A DNA stretch of 64,000 nt from Poseidonia sp. GTDB taxonomy: Archaea > Thermoplasmatota > Poseidoniia > Poseidoniales > Poseidoniaceae. Below, piece by piece: positions 46,201-55,893 of this stretch. The stretch covers positions 18,027-82,026 of the forward strand of contig JAUREJ010000002.1 in assembly GCA_030827475.1 (NCBI GenBank). The letters run 5' to 3'. A program made the translations under genes and the position numbers. The number at the start of each line of letters is the position of its first letter. Position 1 is the first letter of the stretch. The notes beneath the pieces were generated by a model that had not been told where the DNA came from, did not search any database, and worked only from the letters and a program-made list of their open reading frames with translations.

Positions 46201-49200
46201 AAGGGACCGTTCCCAACTTTAATTTTACCTTGCAGGTCGAAGACCGACGGTTTGAGACACTCGGCGAGGTCAACAACATGTTCTGTGCGGATGGCGACGA
46301 TGGGTTGTCCTGCTGGGGACGTTACTACTCAAACGAGGACTACCCATGGCAGGCCCTCGATAACCAACCCTACGTTTTCCCCAACACAACCACCATTGAC
46401 AACACCTTCAGCCGGCCGGTCCCCGCCCGGTTGAGCGGGGACTTCAATCTTCAGGACTTGGAAGGGGAATGCACGCTCAACAGCACAAGCGTGGTCGTTT
46501 GCCCGCAGCGCGTCGGATTATATTCGCCGAGCATTCAATGGAACACGAAGTTGAACGGCGCAACGGTACAGCACAAGGCGGACAGCGGGAGTTGTGTTGT
46601 TTTGACGAACGGTTCTGTGGGCTGCTGGAGCGATTACAGCCAATATGGTTTGACTCAAAGCAACGGCGTGTACTGGCGTTCCTTGCCTGGCGGGGCGGCG
46701 GCCACCGAAGTGGTTGCGTTTGGCAACAACCTGTGTGCCATCCTGACCAACGGCAGCATTGCTTGCACGTACTACAAAGACATCTACAACTCCGAGTGGA
46801 TTCTCGAATCGCAATTTGACGTCGCTCCCGGCACCTTGCAAAACGGCGACATGGCGCTTCTGGAAATGCCAGCGGGGCGCACCGCTGTTCGAGGAATTGG
46901 GCCATACACTTCCGGCCTCACCTGTTTCCAACTCGACGACGATTCGGTGTACTGCACCGGTCGGTACGTCCCGGACTTGGATGATACAAGCAGCAGTTAC
47001 GACCCGCACAAGACGGTGGCCGGCCTCGGAACGGTGATCAACTCATCGTCCTCAACCGGTTCGTGGCCTACTTGCGTTGTGGATGACAATCACGACCTCT
47101 ATTGCGCTACCTACCCGCATTGGACTGAAACCAGTAGTGAGGGAACGATTCGAAATCTTGCCGGCGCTGCATCAGAACAATTCAGTTCCCAACTCACCAC
47201 ATTCATGCCCGTTGACACGAACGGACCCGTCGTGGACATCGCCATGACGTGGAACACGATTTGCGTGCTGTACGAGAACGGAACGGTGTCGTGTGCGGGC
47301 ATGGATAAGACGATCATGGGTATCGGTGAGAAGGAGATTTACTTCGGCGTCAACCAAAACTGGGTGCCAAACTTCGTGAACTTCACCAAGATTTTGGACA
47401 CGGCAGTCGGTCTCATCGTCCAAACGGCCTCTACGCCCTCGCAGTACGGTCAGAGCCAGGAACTGGACTTGTACGTCAACACCTCCTACGGGGTGAAGGA
47501 CATCTCTTCGGACCCGCCCATCGTTTGGGACGGCGAGTATTCCGTCAACTACCCCTTCCGGTTTGACTACGTTCATGCGGTTGAATTCGATTCCTGGACG
47601 GTAGAAATCGTAAACACGACCTCGTTCACCATCCCGGGGACAACCTACTGTACATGGTGCACGAACTTCACCTTCACGCCGCCGCTGCCCCAGAACTGGC
47701 AATTCAATCCTACGACCGGCGACATCACGGGCTACGCCAGTCAAGAGTTCTCAGCCACGACCTATACCCTCAACGCCTCGGCGTCCAACGGTTCGGACGA
47801 AGTTCAAATCGAAATTGCCGTGGTCAAGGACCTGACCGTTCCGATCATCGTGAAGTCCAACCCGTACTCGCACATCGAGGTCCTGGTGAACCAAAGCATG
47901 ACGGTCATCGACTTTAACGACACCACCGGCAAGGCCACCTCTTGGTCGATTTCCCCCAGCCCGCCAACCGGCGTCTACTTCGAGACGCTAAACGGTACCA
48001 TGTGGGGCACCCCTGCTTTCATTGAATACTTCCCAAGAAATTACACCGTAACGGCCACCACGGCCGCTGGCATGACCTCCACGATGTCCTTCTCGATGCA
48101 AGTGATGTCCACCTTCACGCCCATTGATTCGGACAACGACGGATTGCCCGACGACCGGGACCCTGATGACGACAACGACGGCTACAACGACACGTTGGAC
48201 CCGTTCCCGCTTGACCCGAACGAATGGGAAGACACGGATGCCGACGGCACGGGTGACAACGCCGATGCGGATGATGACAACGACGGCGTTGAGGACACCA
48301 GCGACCTGTGGCCTTACGACGGCACCGAATGGTCGGACAACGACGGTGACGGCACCGGCGACAACGCCGACACGGACGACGACAACGATGGGTTTGCCGA
48401 CACCTTGGAGGAAACATGCGGTTCCAGCTCCACCGACAACGCTTCGTTGCCGACGGACTTTGACAACGATGGCGACGGTGTTTGCGACGCTGTTGATACG
48501 GACGACGACGACGATGGATGGTCCGATGCTGACGAATCAACGTGTGGCACAAACCCCTTGTCGAACCTTTCCGTTCCCGTTGACTTCGACGGCGACAACG
48601 TTTGCGATTTCATGGACGATGATGATGACAACGACGGCGTGGACGATGTGAACGATGAGTTCCCCTACGACGCCAACGAATCGGATGATACTGACGGCGA
48701 CGGCGTTGGTGACAACGCTGACCGCTTCCCCAACGACCCCAATGAATCCGGAGACCAAGACGGCGACGGTGTGGGTGACAACAGCGACCTTTTCCCCGAC
48801 GATGCGAACGAGACCGTCGATACGGACGGCGATGGCGTTGGCGATAACGGCGATGCTTTTCCCTCGGACGCAAACGAATCCGCTGACTCCGATGGCGACG
48901 GCGTTGGTGACAACAGCGACCTCTTCCCCGGCGATGCGAACGAGACCATTGATACGGACGCTGATGGTGTTGGTGACAACGGCGACTTCCTGCCCTTTGA
49001 CCCCTCGCAATCCGCTGATAGCGATGGCGACGGTTGTGGTGACAACGCCACGGGAACCAACGGTGACCAATTCCCCAACGATTCCACGGAATGCCCTGAC
49101 AGCGACGGTGACGGCGTTGGCGACAACGGGGACCTCTTCCCGAACGACGCTAATGAATCAGCAGACAGTGACGGTGACGGGGTTGGCGACAATGCCGATG

Positions 49201-49910
49201 CGTTCCCCAACGATGCTTCTGAATCGGATGACGCAGACGGTGACGGGGTTGGCGACAACGCCGACTTCCTGCCCAACGATGCGACGCAGACCGTTGACAC
49301 CGACGGCGATGGCTGCGGTGACAACCCAGAGGGCACGGTCGGCGACCGTTTCCCCAACGATGCAAGCGAATGCGGCGATGCTGACGGCGACGGAATTGGT
49401 GACAATTCGGATCTGTTCCCCAACGACGCCGGTGAATCCGTGGACAGCGATGGCGATGGTTACGGCGACAACGGGGACTTCTTGCCCAACGATGCATCTC
49501 AATGGCTCGACAGCGATGGCGACGGTTGCGGCGATAACGCCGAGGGCACGAACGGCGATTTGTTCCCGAACGATGCCTACGATTGCACGGATATTGACGG
49601 GGATGGCATTGGTGACAGGGCCGACGACGACGATGACAACGACGGTGTTCGAGACACCGTCGACGCCTTCCCTTACGACGCCAATGAATCCGTCGACACC
49701 GACGGTGATGGCTTGGGCGACAACGCCGATGAAGACGACGACGGGGACGGTGTGGACGACGCCGACGATTACGACAGCTTGAATCCTCTCGTTTGGGATG
49801 AACCGGGCTTCTCGGTCTCCTTTGGCCAATACTTCACCAGCATTGTTGTCGTGCTCTTCTTGCTGGTGTTCCTCACCCGTGAAAAGGATGAAGACGAACC
49901 CGATGCCTGA
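43275..49910 (+). CDS. Giant (about 2200 aa) surface adhesin-like protein: signal peptide, RCC1/BLIP-II-like repeats, putative Ig (He_PIG) domains, thrombospondin type-3 repeats, C-terminal TM
   Basis: GTG at 43275 after GGGAGG. Repeated [F/T]C.l...G.v.CWG units; P.G..F....G.I.G.P Ig repeats; many D.D.DG.GD/D.FP.D units; TM FTSIVVVLFLLVFL. Confidence 0.9.
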   Translation: MKAKAILLVTLFLTSLVPLAQSNATLPSSPALSFSPMTCGGQTMWDTVADVNNAALDIVGNETYPAISTASNATNLYIRMLLDESPLQTSTNLKSFSWGLEFDTDGNLSTYEHLIIMNGAGQDTLYIKNNTVTTSPDDPTDSTESTSVTFSNTASWWNVTAANSAFAGSTDYWLTFILPWTVLADHNITREATAAYWFGTSTQSSNINGDFVCHDGLSNDPVTLQALASDTGSLDPTTRLSYPNAVDTALGKTVYASVVNTSTLTINPIAVPPSATFEVGASTNGNVNATVTSSGVVHLTGLAVGLQDEVMVFANTTFGTDVVSVNTTFVVNVTEYLAAADHVLTVAAGSQFANVVGVGATWVPQGTTVEAEGLPSNVTYVPPRSGIVEVANGPQSLVCTLTENGRLFCQGYAQPYYQSPDHENANYYYYYTNRAPSEVMQEGGEAWTHVAGTANEVCASNEANEVWCWGSNYGSGNMGSITHTASGNLTQMVSVRSGTFCALFDESLDSVTCWGRNYDGVLGSSITSGWTSTATTHSLGTGVEATALYTGKQVLCIDTAGGDLSCMGRLPTSTGITTTSSPSTSNTLSDLHGQSAIVDMASEPYGTTCVVLTNGSVACYGSTASSSYVAFRGLGANGTAPVDAHVLSYVDLPNGMNAEMIAGPDLESNGDANHFCVGTDSAEAWCWGFNRTAYNSSQADPYSAPAPTAFFSEDLPSGTVELLSRGYNHDDSNGVDLVLTSSNELLTRYNSSSLSYYDRGNTQNKSASYWTGNDGSYNSSARWHGWDLPSHVLKGEAPDQEGTSRIVLHYNTSTTSSRVLVDLVVTDPFRFTAPIYEYEIDTPVNQPIDIRDLCDNSVAGQRCDVFFAPEQPRGLDLVNGMSSNIGVYSFEGTAQANVINTTFSIVAQQWVDAYETATIPAFNSGAMVTTFENVVTMRPSLRSYGTFPVVANGFPFDAKLDRLLPLMVASESFSFEGTVPNFNFTLQVEDRRFETLGEVNNMFCADGDDGLSCWGRYYSNEDYPWQALDNQPYVFPNTTTIDNTFSRPVPARLSGDFNLQDLEGECTLNSTSVVVCPQRVGLYSPSIQWNTKLNGATVQHKADSGSCVVLTNGSVGCWSDYSQYGLTQSNGVYWRSLPGGAAATEVVAFGNNLCAILTNGSIACTYYKDIYNSEWILESQFDVAPGTLQNGDMALLEMPAGRTAVRGIGPYTSGLTCFQLDDDSVYCTGRYVPDLDDTSSSYDPHKTVAGLGTVINSSSSTGSWPTCVVDDNHDLYCATYPHWTETSSEGTIRNLAGAASEQFSSQLTTFMPVDTNGPVVDIAMTWNTICVLYENGTVSCAGMDKTIMGIGEKEIYFGVNQNWVPNFVNFTKILDTAVGLIVQTASTPSQYGQSQELDLYVNTSYGVKDISSDPPIVWDGEYSVNYPFRFDYVHAVEFDSWTVEIVNTTSFTIPGTTYCTWCTNFTFTPPLPQNWQFNPTTGDITGYASQEFSATTYTLNASASNGSDEVQIEIAVVKDLTVPIIVKSNPYSHIEVLVNQSMTVIDFNDTTGKATSWSISPSPPTGVYFETLNGTMWGTPAFIEYFPRNYTVTATTAAGMTSTMSFSMQVMSTFTPIDSDNDGLPDDRDPDDDNDGYNDTLDPFPLDPNEWEDTDADGTGDNADADDDNDGVEDTSDLWPYDGTEWSDNDGDGTGDNADTDDDNDGFADTLEETCGSSSTDNASLPTDFDNDGDGVCDAVDTDDDDDGWSDADESTCGTNPLSNLSVPVDFDGDNVCDFMDDDDDNDGVDDVNDEFPYDANESDDTDGDGVGDNADRFPNDPNESGDQDGDGVGDNSDLFPDDANETVDTDGDGVGDNGDAFPSDANESADSDGDGVGDNSDLFPGDANETIDTDADGVGDNGDFLPFDPSQSADSDGDGCGDNATGTNGDQFPNDSTECPDSDGDGVGDNGDLFPNDANESADSDGDGVGDNADAFPNDASESDDADGDGVGDNADFLPNDATQTVDTDGDGCGDNPEGTVGDRFPNDASECGDADGDGIGDNSDLFPNDAGESVDSDGDGYGDNGDFLPNDASQWLDSDGDGCGDNAEGTNGDLFPNDAYDCTDIDGDGIGDRADDDDDNDGVRDTVDAFPYDANESVDTDGDGLGDNADEDDDGDGVDDADDYDSLNPLVWDEPGFSVSFGQYFTSIVVVLFLLVFLTREKDEDEPDA
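48124..49780 (+). repeat. Array of thrombospondin type-3 (DxDxDG) Ca-binding repeats, degenerate tandem units at DNA level
   Basis: Recurrent GACGGCGACGG(T/C)GTTGG(T/C)GACAAC-like units encoding DSDGDGVGDNxDxFPND. Confidence 0.9.
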
Positions 49911-50001
49911 TTCGGACGCTTCTGAAAAACGCCCGAGCACGGCGCGTTTTCGGAGAAACGGCTAAGTGCGTGGCTCCAAGGTGGCATCGAGAGCGGAAGC
50001 A

Positions 50002-50784
50002 ATGAAACTGCGATTGCACCAATTCCTCTCCAAGACGGGGCATTTCACCTCCAAACGTGAGGTCAAAGAAGCGATTTGGTCGGGTGAGGTCACGGTCAAC
50101 GGCTCGGTGGTCAAGGACATCGCTTTTCAATTCAATGCGACGAAAAAAGATGTTGCTTTCAGAGGTGAAACGCTTCGTTTGCCGTCCGTGGAGCGGACGT
50201 TTTTGCTCAACAAACCCCGAGGTGTCGTCTGCTCACGTCTGAATTCACAGGAGGCGGCGTTGGGAAAACGTTCGGTGTTTGAGGTCTTTCGCCCTCACGT
50301 CACCCCCAACGAATTTGAACGCCTGGTTTCGGTCGGTCGCCTCGATGAAGACACGACTGGCCTCTTGCTGGTGACGACCAACGGGGATCTGGTTCATCGT
50401 ATCGCCTCTCCAGAAAAGCAGGTGACGAAACGCTACCGCGTGACGACGGCTGCTCCGCTCAATTCGGCTGACGGTGCACGGTTCGCCGAGGGCATCGGCA
50501 TTGAGTTGGAGGTCAATGGCGACATTGAGAGGTATCTCACCCTTCCGGCAGAACTGGTCGTTGAGTCTCCCAACATCGCTTTGGTCAGCGTGACCGAGGG
50601 GAAAAAGCGGCAGGTGCGTCGCATGTTTGCAGCACTTGGCCATGAGGTTATCGCTCTTGAACGGTTGGCGATTGGGGGCTTGAATTTGGCGGCCTTCAAC
50701 GTCAAAGAAGGTGCCTTCGTTGACCTGAGCGATAGGGATGTTGAGGCGTTTGTGCACCAAGACGAAGCAGACAAAAGACCTTGA
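50002..50784 (+). CDS. RsuA-family (RsuA/RluB/E/F) rRNA pseudouridine synthase with S4 domain
   Basis: S4 (RLHQFLS..G..S.RE...I..G.V.VNG), LLNKPRG, GRLDEDTTGLL (catalytic Asp), KRY.V, EGKKRQVRRMF, L.R..IG. Confidence 0.9.
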   Translation: MKLRLHQFLSKTGHFTSKREVKEAIWSGEVTVNGSVVKDIAFQFNATKKDVAFRGETLRLPSVERTFLLNKPRGVVCSRLNSQEAALGKRSVFEVFRPHVTPNEFERLVSVGRLDEDTTGLLLVTTNGDLVHRIASPEKQVTKRYRVTTAAPLNSADGARFAEGIGIELEVNGDIERYLTLPAELVVESPNIALVSVTEGKKRQVRRMFAALGHEVIALERLAIGGLNLAAFNVKEGAFVDLSDRDVEAFVHQDEADKRP

Positions 50785-50817
50785 ACACCCTTTGCTAAGG
50801 GTGCATGAGGAAGCCCT

Positions 50818-51999
50818 ATGCCCGGTGACATGTCGTGGATGAAAGCGCGTTACGACGAACTCAACGAGATGTCTCTGCTTTGGGAGCCGCCCACGCTTGA
50901 GGGCCCAAATCAACCTCGTTGTCAAATGGATGGAAAACCCACCATCATGCTCTCGGCGAACAATTACCTCAACCTCACCACGCACCCCAAAGTGGTCACT
51001 GCGATGCAACAAGCCACCACCAAGTACGGAGCCGGGAGCGGGTCGGTTCGAGCCATCGCAGGAACGATGGACATTCACTTGGAAGCGGAGAAAAAAGTCG
51101 CCGAATTCAAAGGCGTTGAAGCCTCGCTCATCTATTCGGCAGGTTACACGGTGAACGTTGGCCTCATCCCCTCGTTGGTAGCCGGTCCGCAAGACGTGAT
51201 CATCTCCGATGAACTCAACCACGGCTCCATCATCGACGGCGTCCGCCTGACCAAAGCCTCCAGAGCGGTTTACGCCCACAACGACATGGGCGAATTGGAA
51301 GCCGTGCTCAAGGCGAACGAAGATGCAGATCGGAAACTCATCATTACCGACGGCGTCTTCTCCATGGACGGGGACATCGCACCGCTCGATGAGGTGACCG
51401 CTCTTGCTGAAGAGCACGGAGCGATGGTGTATGTTGACGACTGCCACGGTGAAGGTGTTTTGGGTGACGGAGGTGCCGGTATTGTCGACCACTTCAAGCT
51501 TCAAGGCAAGGTCGACTTCGAGACCGGTTCGTTTTCCAAGGCGCTCGGCGTGCAGGGTGGTATTCTTGCCGGGACGGAAATGACCCGCACCCACGCCCTC
51601 AATCATTCTCGGTCGTGGTTGCTTTCCGGCTCCCAACCCCCTGGCGTTGCTGCAGCCCAAAAAGCAGCGATTGAGGTGTTGATGGAAGAGCCAGAGCACC
51701 ACGCTCGTTTGTGGGAGAACACGAATTATTTCCGCAAGGAACTCCAATCCATGGGTTTCGACACGGGCGATTCGGTCACGCCCATCATTCCCGTGATGTG
51801 CGGCGAATCCAGCACGGCCAAAGCCATGACGCAAGCGCTTGGCCACGAAGGGGTGATGGCAGGCGCCATCGTCTTCCCGATGGTCGCTCGAGACAAAGCC
51901 CGCATCCGAACCCAAATGTCGGCGGGTTTGTCCCGTCAGGACCTTGACGATGTCTTGGCCGTGTTTGAGAAAGTTGGGCCGCAAATCGGCGTGATCTAA
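50818..51999 (+). CDS. kbl: Glycine C-acetyltransferase / AONS-family PLP enzyme
   Basis: SANNYL, GAGSGSVR.I.GT, DELNHGSIIDG, TDGVFSMDGD, DDCHG.G, SFSKALG (PLP Lys), ARIRTQ. Confidence 0.85.
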   Translation: MPGDMSWMKARYDELNEMSLLWEPPTLEGPNQPRCQMDGKPTIMLSANNYLNLTTHPKVVTAMQQATTKYGAGSGSVRAIAGTMDIHLEAEKKVAEFKGVEASLIYSAGYTVNVGLIPSLVAGPQDVIISDELNHGSIIDGVRLTKASRAVYAHNDMGELEAVLKANEDADRKLIITDGVFSMDGDIAPLDEVTALAEEHGAMVYVDDCHGEGVLGDGGAGIVDHFKLQGKVDFETGSFSKALGVQGGILAGTEMTRTHALNHSRSWLLSGSQPPGVAAAQKAAIEVLMEEPEHHARLWENTNYFRKELQSMGFDTGDSVTPIIPVMCGESSTAKAMTQALGHEGVMAGAIVFPMVARDKARIRTQMSAGLSRQDLDDVLAVFEKVGPQIGVI

Positions 52000-52002
52000 C
52001 CT

Positions 52003-52614
52003 TCACTCCGCTTCAAAGGCGTCCACGACTTCGAGCATTTCGGCGTCCTCGCCGACCATATCTTCAGCGTCCCCGGTGCCCTCGTTTTTGGCTTCCAAAC
52101 CAACAAAGGGGTCGTTGCCGTCTTCGACCATGCAAAGCAATCGCCATCGGGGCGCCCAGGATAGGTGGACGTAGACCGGTCCAGGAAGCAAGAGCAGGGT
52201 CCAAACCAAGAGCGCCGGCATGCCGAGCAAACCGGTTCGGTCAACGGTCAGCAGTGCCAAGCCCAGGAAGGGCATCGGGTAGAGGAACGCACGCGGCGGG
52301 GTGACGGGGTGCCGCTTGGAAAAGGCGACAAGGACCAAGGAAATGAAGCCCAGGAAGGCACAAGCAACGAGCAGGAGCGAGGTGTGATAGAGCCACTGGA
52401 CGGCCCAGACTTCGTTGCCCTCCTCGCCAAATGCATAGGGGAGAAGAAGCGCCAACGCCACGAGCATACCGTAGAAGGCGCCGATGTTGGCAGGATGATT
52501 CAACCAAAGCGGAAGGCGTGCAAAACGCCTGGAGAGCGACGTGCCGAGCAAGGTTTCCTGCTCACTGGAAGCCAATTGCTCAACCTTTGACATCCAAGTT
52601 TCGTTGGTAGGCAC
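52003..52614 (-). CDS. Hypothetical membrane protein (about 4 TM)
   Basis: Hydrophobic helices with acidic tail; closely packed between neighbours. Confidence 0.65.
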   Translation of the reverse strand: MPTNETWMSKVEQLASSEQETLLGTSLSRRFARLPLWLNHPANIGAFYGMLVALALLLPYAFGEEGNEVWAVQWLYHTSLLLVACAFLGFISLVLVAFSKRHPVTPPRAFLYPMPFLGLALLTVDRTGLLGMPALLVWTLLLLPGPVYVHLSWAPRWRLLCMVEDGNDPFVGLEAKNEGTGDAEDMVGEDAEMLEVVDAFEAE

Positions 52615-52671
52615 GGACCCTCGTCGGGCGAACGGGTTTTCAAGGTAAGGGCTGAAATCAGGCGGAAACCT

Positions 52672-53352
52672 TCATTCTTTCTTCCTAAAAAACGACACCA
52701 GCGGGCTTTCAACCTCCACGCTCTCCTCTTCTTCCAACCAAGAACGCTCGAGCAAACCGGTGTCCATCGCTTCGCGTTCCCGGGCGGCCTCGATGGGGTC
52801 GGGGACATCGTTCACGGCGTCGCGCAGGGCGATGGCTTGGTTGATCAAGGTCAGGTGGCGGGTGAGGGTTGGCGTGCGCTCCTTGGCTTCGCTGAAGTGG
52901 CCGAGAACGGGGAAATCAAATGTGTCATGAGCGAGGTTGAACCCTCCAATCAGTTCGTCGGGGACAAGACGAACCCGGTGTGCACCGGGGTCTCGCCAGG
53001 TTCCGTCGGCAAAGCGAACGAGCAAGGCGGCCTCGCCAAGCGGCTCACCGTCCATGAACGGGTGATTCATGTTCACGGCAAGCGGCGTGGTCACATGTCC
53101 TCGGTAACGAAGCAGCACCACGGTCACGTTCATTCCGGCCACTGCGGCGGCGACGAGGCCGGCGATAGGGGCCGAGAACGCAAACAGGGAAAGCAGAGCA
53201 AAAAGCACGACGGCAAGCCCAGCACTCGCTCCGAGTCCCGCATTGCGCCCGTTGATGAACGGTTGAGCCACCGAGGTTTGGATGAACGGGAGCATGTCAG
53301 GTGGCAGCGCTGAAGATGCTCCACCCATGGTCCCGAGAGGGGAAGCGTCCAC
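52672..53352 (-). CDS. Hypothetical membrane protein (2 TM + soluble acidic C-domain)
   Basis: TM pair LAVVLFALLSLF / LVAAAVAGMNVTVV. Start moved to the GTG just after the DUF309 stop; uncertain. Confidence 0.6.
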   Translation of the reverse strand: MDASPLGTMGGASSALPPDMLPFIQTSVAQPFINGRNAGLGASAGLAVVLFALLSLFAFSAPIAGLVAAAVAGMNVTVVLLRYRGHVTTPLAVNMNHPFMDGEPLGEAALLVRFADGTWRDPGAHRVRLVPDELIGGFNLAHDTFDFPVLGHFSEAKERTPTLTRHLTLINQAIALRDAVNDVPDPIEAAREREAMDTGLLERSWLEEEESVEVESPLVSFFRKKE

Positions 53353-53353
53353 T

Positions 53354-53746
53354 TCAATCCCTCGTTCGAGGGAATTGGTGTTCGGCTGCGACGAGCTTCC
53401 AACTGCCGTTATCTTCTGCATAGTTGGCGATGGTCTCGAGATGAAGGGCGACATCAAGGCCCCATGCAGTGGACCAACCTTCAAGTTTGGAGTGGACCTT
53501 CGTCCACTGTTTCTCGACGCCTGCTTGGTTTCGTCGTTGGTGATGGAGTAACAAGGCTGCAGTTTGAATGAAGCCTTGGACGAGGAGAATCTCCTCGGGC
53601 GGAGCCTGCCGTTGCTTCAGTCGGTTCCACAACGCCTCCCAAGCCTCGTGTGCATGCCAAAATCGGCCTTCGTCAAACAGTGCCAAGCCGTCGTGCAGCT
53701 CCTTTTCTTCGTCACCGTCGAGCGGCCCGGCGCTGAACGGTTCCAT
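53354..53746 (-). CDS. DUF309 family protein
   Basis: G..LF..G.FW.AHE.WE..W and QG.IQ.A...H motifs. The ORF-track N-terminal extension is antisense to the next gene. Confidence 0.85.
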   Translation of the reverse strand: MEPFSAGPLDGDEEKELHDGLALFDEGRFWHAHEAWEALWNRLKQRQAPPEEILLVQGFIQTAALLLHHQRRNQAGVEKQWTKVHSKLEGWSTAWGLDVALHLETIANYAEDNGSWKLVAAEHQFPRTRD

Positions 53747-53823
53747 GGTGGTAAGAGAGCGATGAGGTTTGAAAGCCTTCGTCTTCAAGAAATCAGCATC
53801 GATATTCGCCTTTCCAAGCAGAG

Positions 53824-55893
53824 GTGGCGAGGTCGGCAGCGCCGAAGAGCATCCCAAACCAAGGACGAACGGAATCCGGACGCCGCACTCTTCAAGAGGG
53901 GGTTTGGCGAAGAGGGCGTGTAGGGTGCGGACGCGTGGTTGAGTTTGAGCACGGTGATTTGCTGGAGGAACGCCGAGGAGGCGTTGATGTCCTGCGGGTT
54001 TTGGTTCGGAACTTAGCGGTCCACGAACAATCGGGTGCTGTCGAAATCCGAGCATCTGCGGGTGAAGGAGGACGACAAGGGTGGCTCCTGTTTCGGCTTG
54101 GTCATCCCGTCATGGCGTTTCACAACGGTGACGTGGCCTCGGTGGGTCTCAATGCACTCATGGCCATCGAGGACGATGCTCTGAACGTTGACAACGATGT
54201 ACGGTTGTACGAACTCACCATGAACGCTCTGCGAACCACGATGTCCAACCACCCCGAAAGCGTCCTGCATCTCGAGCATCAACCCTCCGAAGGGGATGGG
54301 GATTCATGGTGGTCCTCGGTGCAACTACCAGCGGCCTCCTGGCGAAGAGCTGCCAGGTTGGAGGACATTGAAGAAATCGCACTCTCCTCAGAACATCGCC
54401 GTCGGTCGTCCACAGGCACGACGGACAAGCAGGCGCTTTCCCCCGGAGGCGTGTATCTCCTCGACACCCCAGACCCGCACCCGATGATTCACCTCGCCGT
54501 AGAACTGGCGGAACGAGGGATTCCGGTGTTGGGGTTGTTCGGGCTACCGCATGCATCCACAGAAGTGACCCAACGTTTGCCACGCCCCCAATGCTATGCA
54601 CTTCTCTCTCCACACGGGGGGTATGAGGTGGTGGAGGACCGAGCCTCCCTGCTCGCAACGGTGAACGGATTTCAATGGGGCAACGAACGCAGCGTCCTCG
54701 TCATCGATGGGTTGGATCGGCTTGGGAACGCCTTTGGTGACGATGTGATGCTCAACCTCTTCCGCTCTCTGTGCGACGGAGCACGCTTCAACGACCATGC
54801 CGTGTTGTGCTCAACCGACCTGGAGATGTTTGACACCTCGATTCGCCATGGCCTGCTCAGCGAGTCAACCGAACTCTCTCGTGGCGTTTTGGATGCTTGG
54901 CTTGACGAGCCCGATTTGCTTTGGGATGAACCCTTTTTGCTTGCTCCTGACGAGGAGGAAGAGCAGTGGTTGGCCGCTCAAATTCAACACCAAGGCGCAA
55001 AATTGGGAGCCGGTTCATCGTCGGTTGAGCCCGTCCTTGAAGGCGGGAGTTCTCACGTCGGTGACGAGGCTAGGGCCGAGGCCACCGCAGCCCTCAGCGA
55101 CGTCGTTGAGGGCTGGCAGAACCCCGGCCAACCTCCTGCCTCAGCACGACTTCTCAGCGATGAACTCCAGCCTCCAACGACCATTGGTGCCACGACATGG
55201 CGCCCCCAAACCGAAGCCTCATTCAACGAAGGTCGGTACATCACCGAATCACCTCGCTTCAAAGCAGGTGAGAAAGATGCGGTTCAACCGACCCGGCGCC
55301 GCTCCACACCATCATTAAAGGCACCCACTCCAGCAAGCATTCCCAAAATGCGGAAAGCGCAGCGGCTCCCAAGTCGGAAAAAAAATCCGGGTTTGCCTCA
55401 ACCTGAAGTCAGCGGCCATCAGCGACAGACCGCTGCGCTTGCGCACACGAGTGCATCGCTTCCCCCCTGGCCAGAAAAGCCCCGTCCAACCGATGCCTTC
55501 AGAAAAGAAAACATGGATGCCTTTACCCTTCGTCAAACCGAAGCGGTTGAACGGCAAGGTTCTCGTCATTTGGCGGGGCCTTCGCCCGAACTTCGTGATG
55601 TTGTGGCGGCGTCGCCGAATGTCGATTCGGGAGGTTTTCCCGGCCCCACTTCGTTCCAAACCGTGACCTTGCCGGCGAGCAACAACGGGCAACCGCTCTC
55701 AAGCAGTCTGATGCCCGTTCACCGTGACGAGGCAAAACCTGCACGGGAAACCGCAAGTTACGAGCAAAAAACGCTTGACATGGAGGAGGTTTACCGTGAA
55801 TGGACCACCTACGACGAGAAGGACATGGAGTCAAGTGCTCTTTACAACGAGAAGGGCGAGGCCCTCAAGCGCTACCAAGGTGATGCGTCTTGA
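53824..55893 (+). CDS. Multidomain hypothetical: N-terminal DUF2226/PATAN-like domain, central DUF835 (inactive RecA/KaiC-like) domain, long disordered C-terminus
   Basis: GWLLFRLGHPVMAF (PATAN/DUF4388-like). GVYLL...LVIDGLDRL..AFG.D..L.LFRSL.D......LCSTD matches the DUF835 pattern. Pro/Ser/Arg-rich tail. Confidence 0.6.
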   Translation: MARSAAPKSIPNQGRTESGRRTLQEGVWRRGRVGCGRVVEFEHGDLLEERRGGVDVLRVLVRNLAVHEQSGAVEIRASAGEGGRQGWLLFRLGHPVMAFHNGDVASVGLNALMAIEDDALNVDNDVRLYELTMNALRTTMSNHPESVLHLEHQPSEGDGDSWWSSVQLPAASWRRAARLEDIEEIALSSEHRRRSSTGTTDKQALSPGGVYLLDTPDPHPMIHLAVELAERGIPVLGLFGLPHASTEVTQRLPRPQCYALLSPHGGYEVVEDRASLLATVNGFQWGNERSVLVIDGLDRLGNAFGDDVMLNLFRSLCDGARFNDHAVLCSTDLEMFDTSIRHGLLSESTELSRGVLDAWLDEPDLLWDEPFLLAPDEEEEQWLAAQIQHQGAKLGAGSSSVEPVLEGGSSHVGDEARAEATAALSDVVEGWQNPGQPPASARLLSDELQPPTTIGATTWRPQTEASFNEGRYITESPRFKAGEKDAVQPTRRRSTPSLKAPTPASIPKMRKAQRLPSRKKNPGLPQPEVSGHQRQTAALAHTSASLPPWPEKPRPTDAFRKENMDAFTLRQTEAVERQGSRHLAGPSPELRDVVAASPNVDSGGFPGPTSFQTVTLPASNNGQPLSSSLMPVHRDEAKPARETASYEQKTLDMEEVYREWTTYDEKDMESSALYNEKGEALKRYQGDAS

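Noticed and set aside
48124-49782. Long Thr/Met-rich and Ser/Pro-rich ORFs (48655-49782 +, 48665-49423 -)
   Set aside because: Alternate-frame and antisense products of the TSP3 repeat array.
50245-51984. 579-aa minus-strand ORF
   Set aside because: Antisense to the well-supported kbl and RsuA genes; no motifs.
53747-54055. N-terminal 100 aa of the DUF309 ORF
   Set aside because: It overlaps the divergent DUF835 gene; the DUF309 domain starts near the ATG at 53746.
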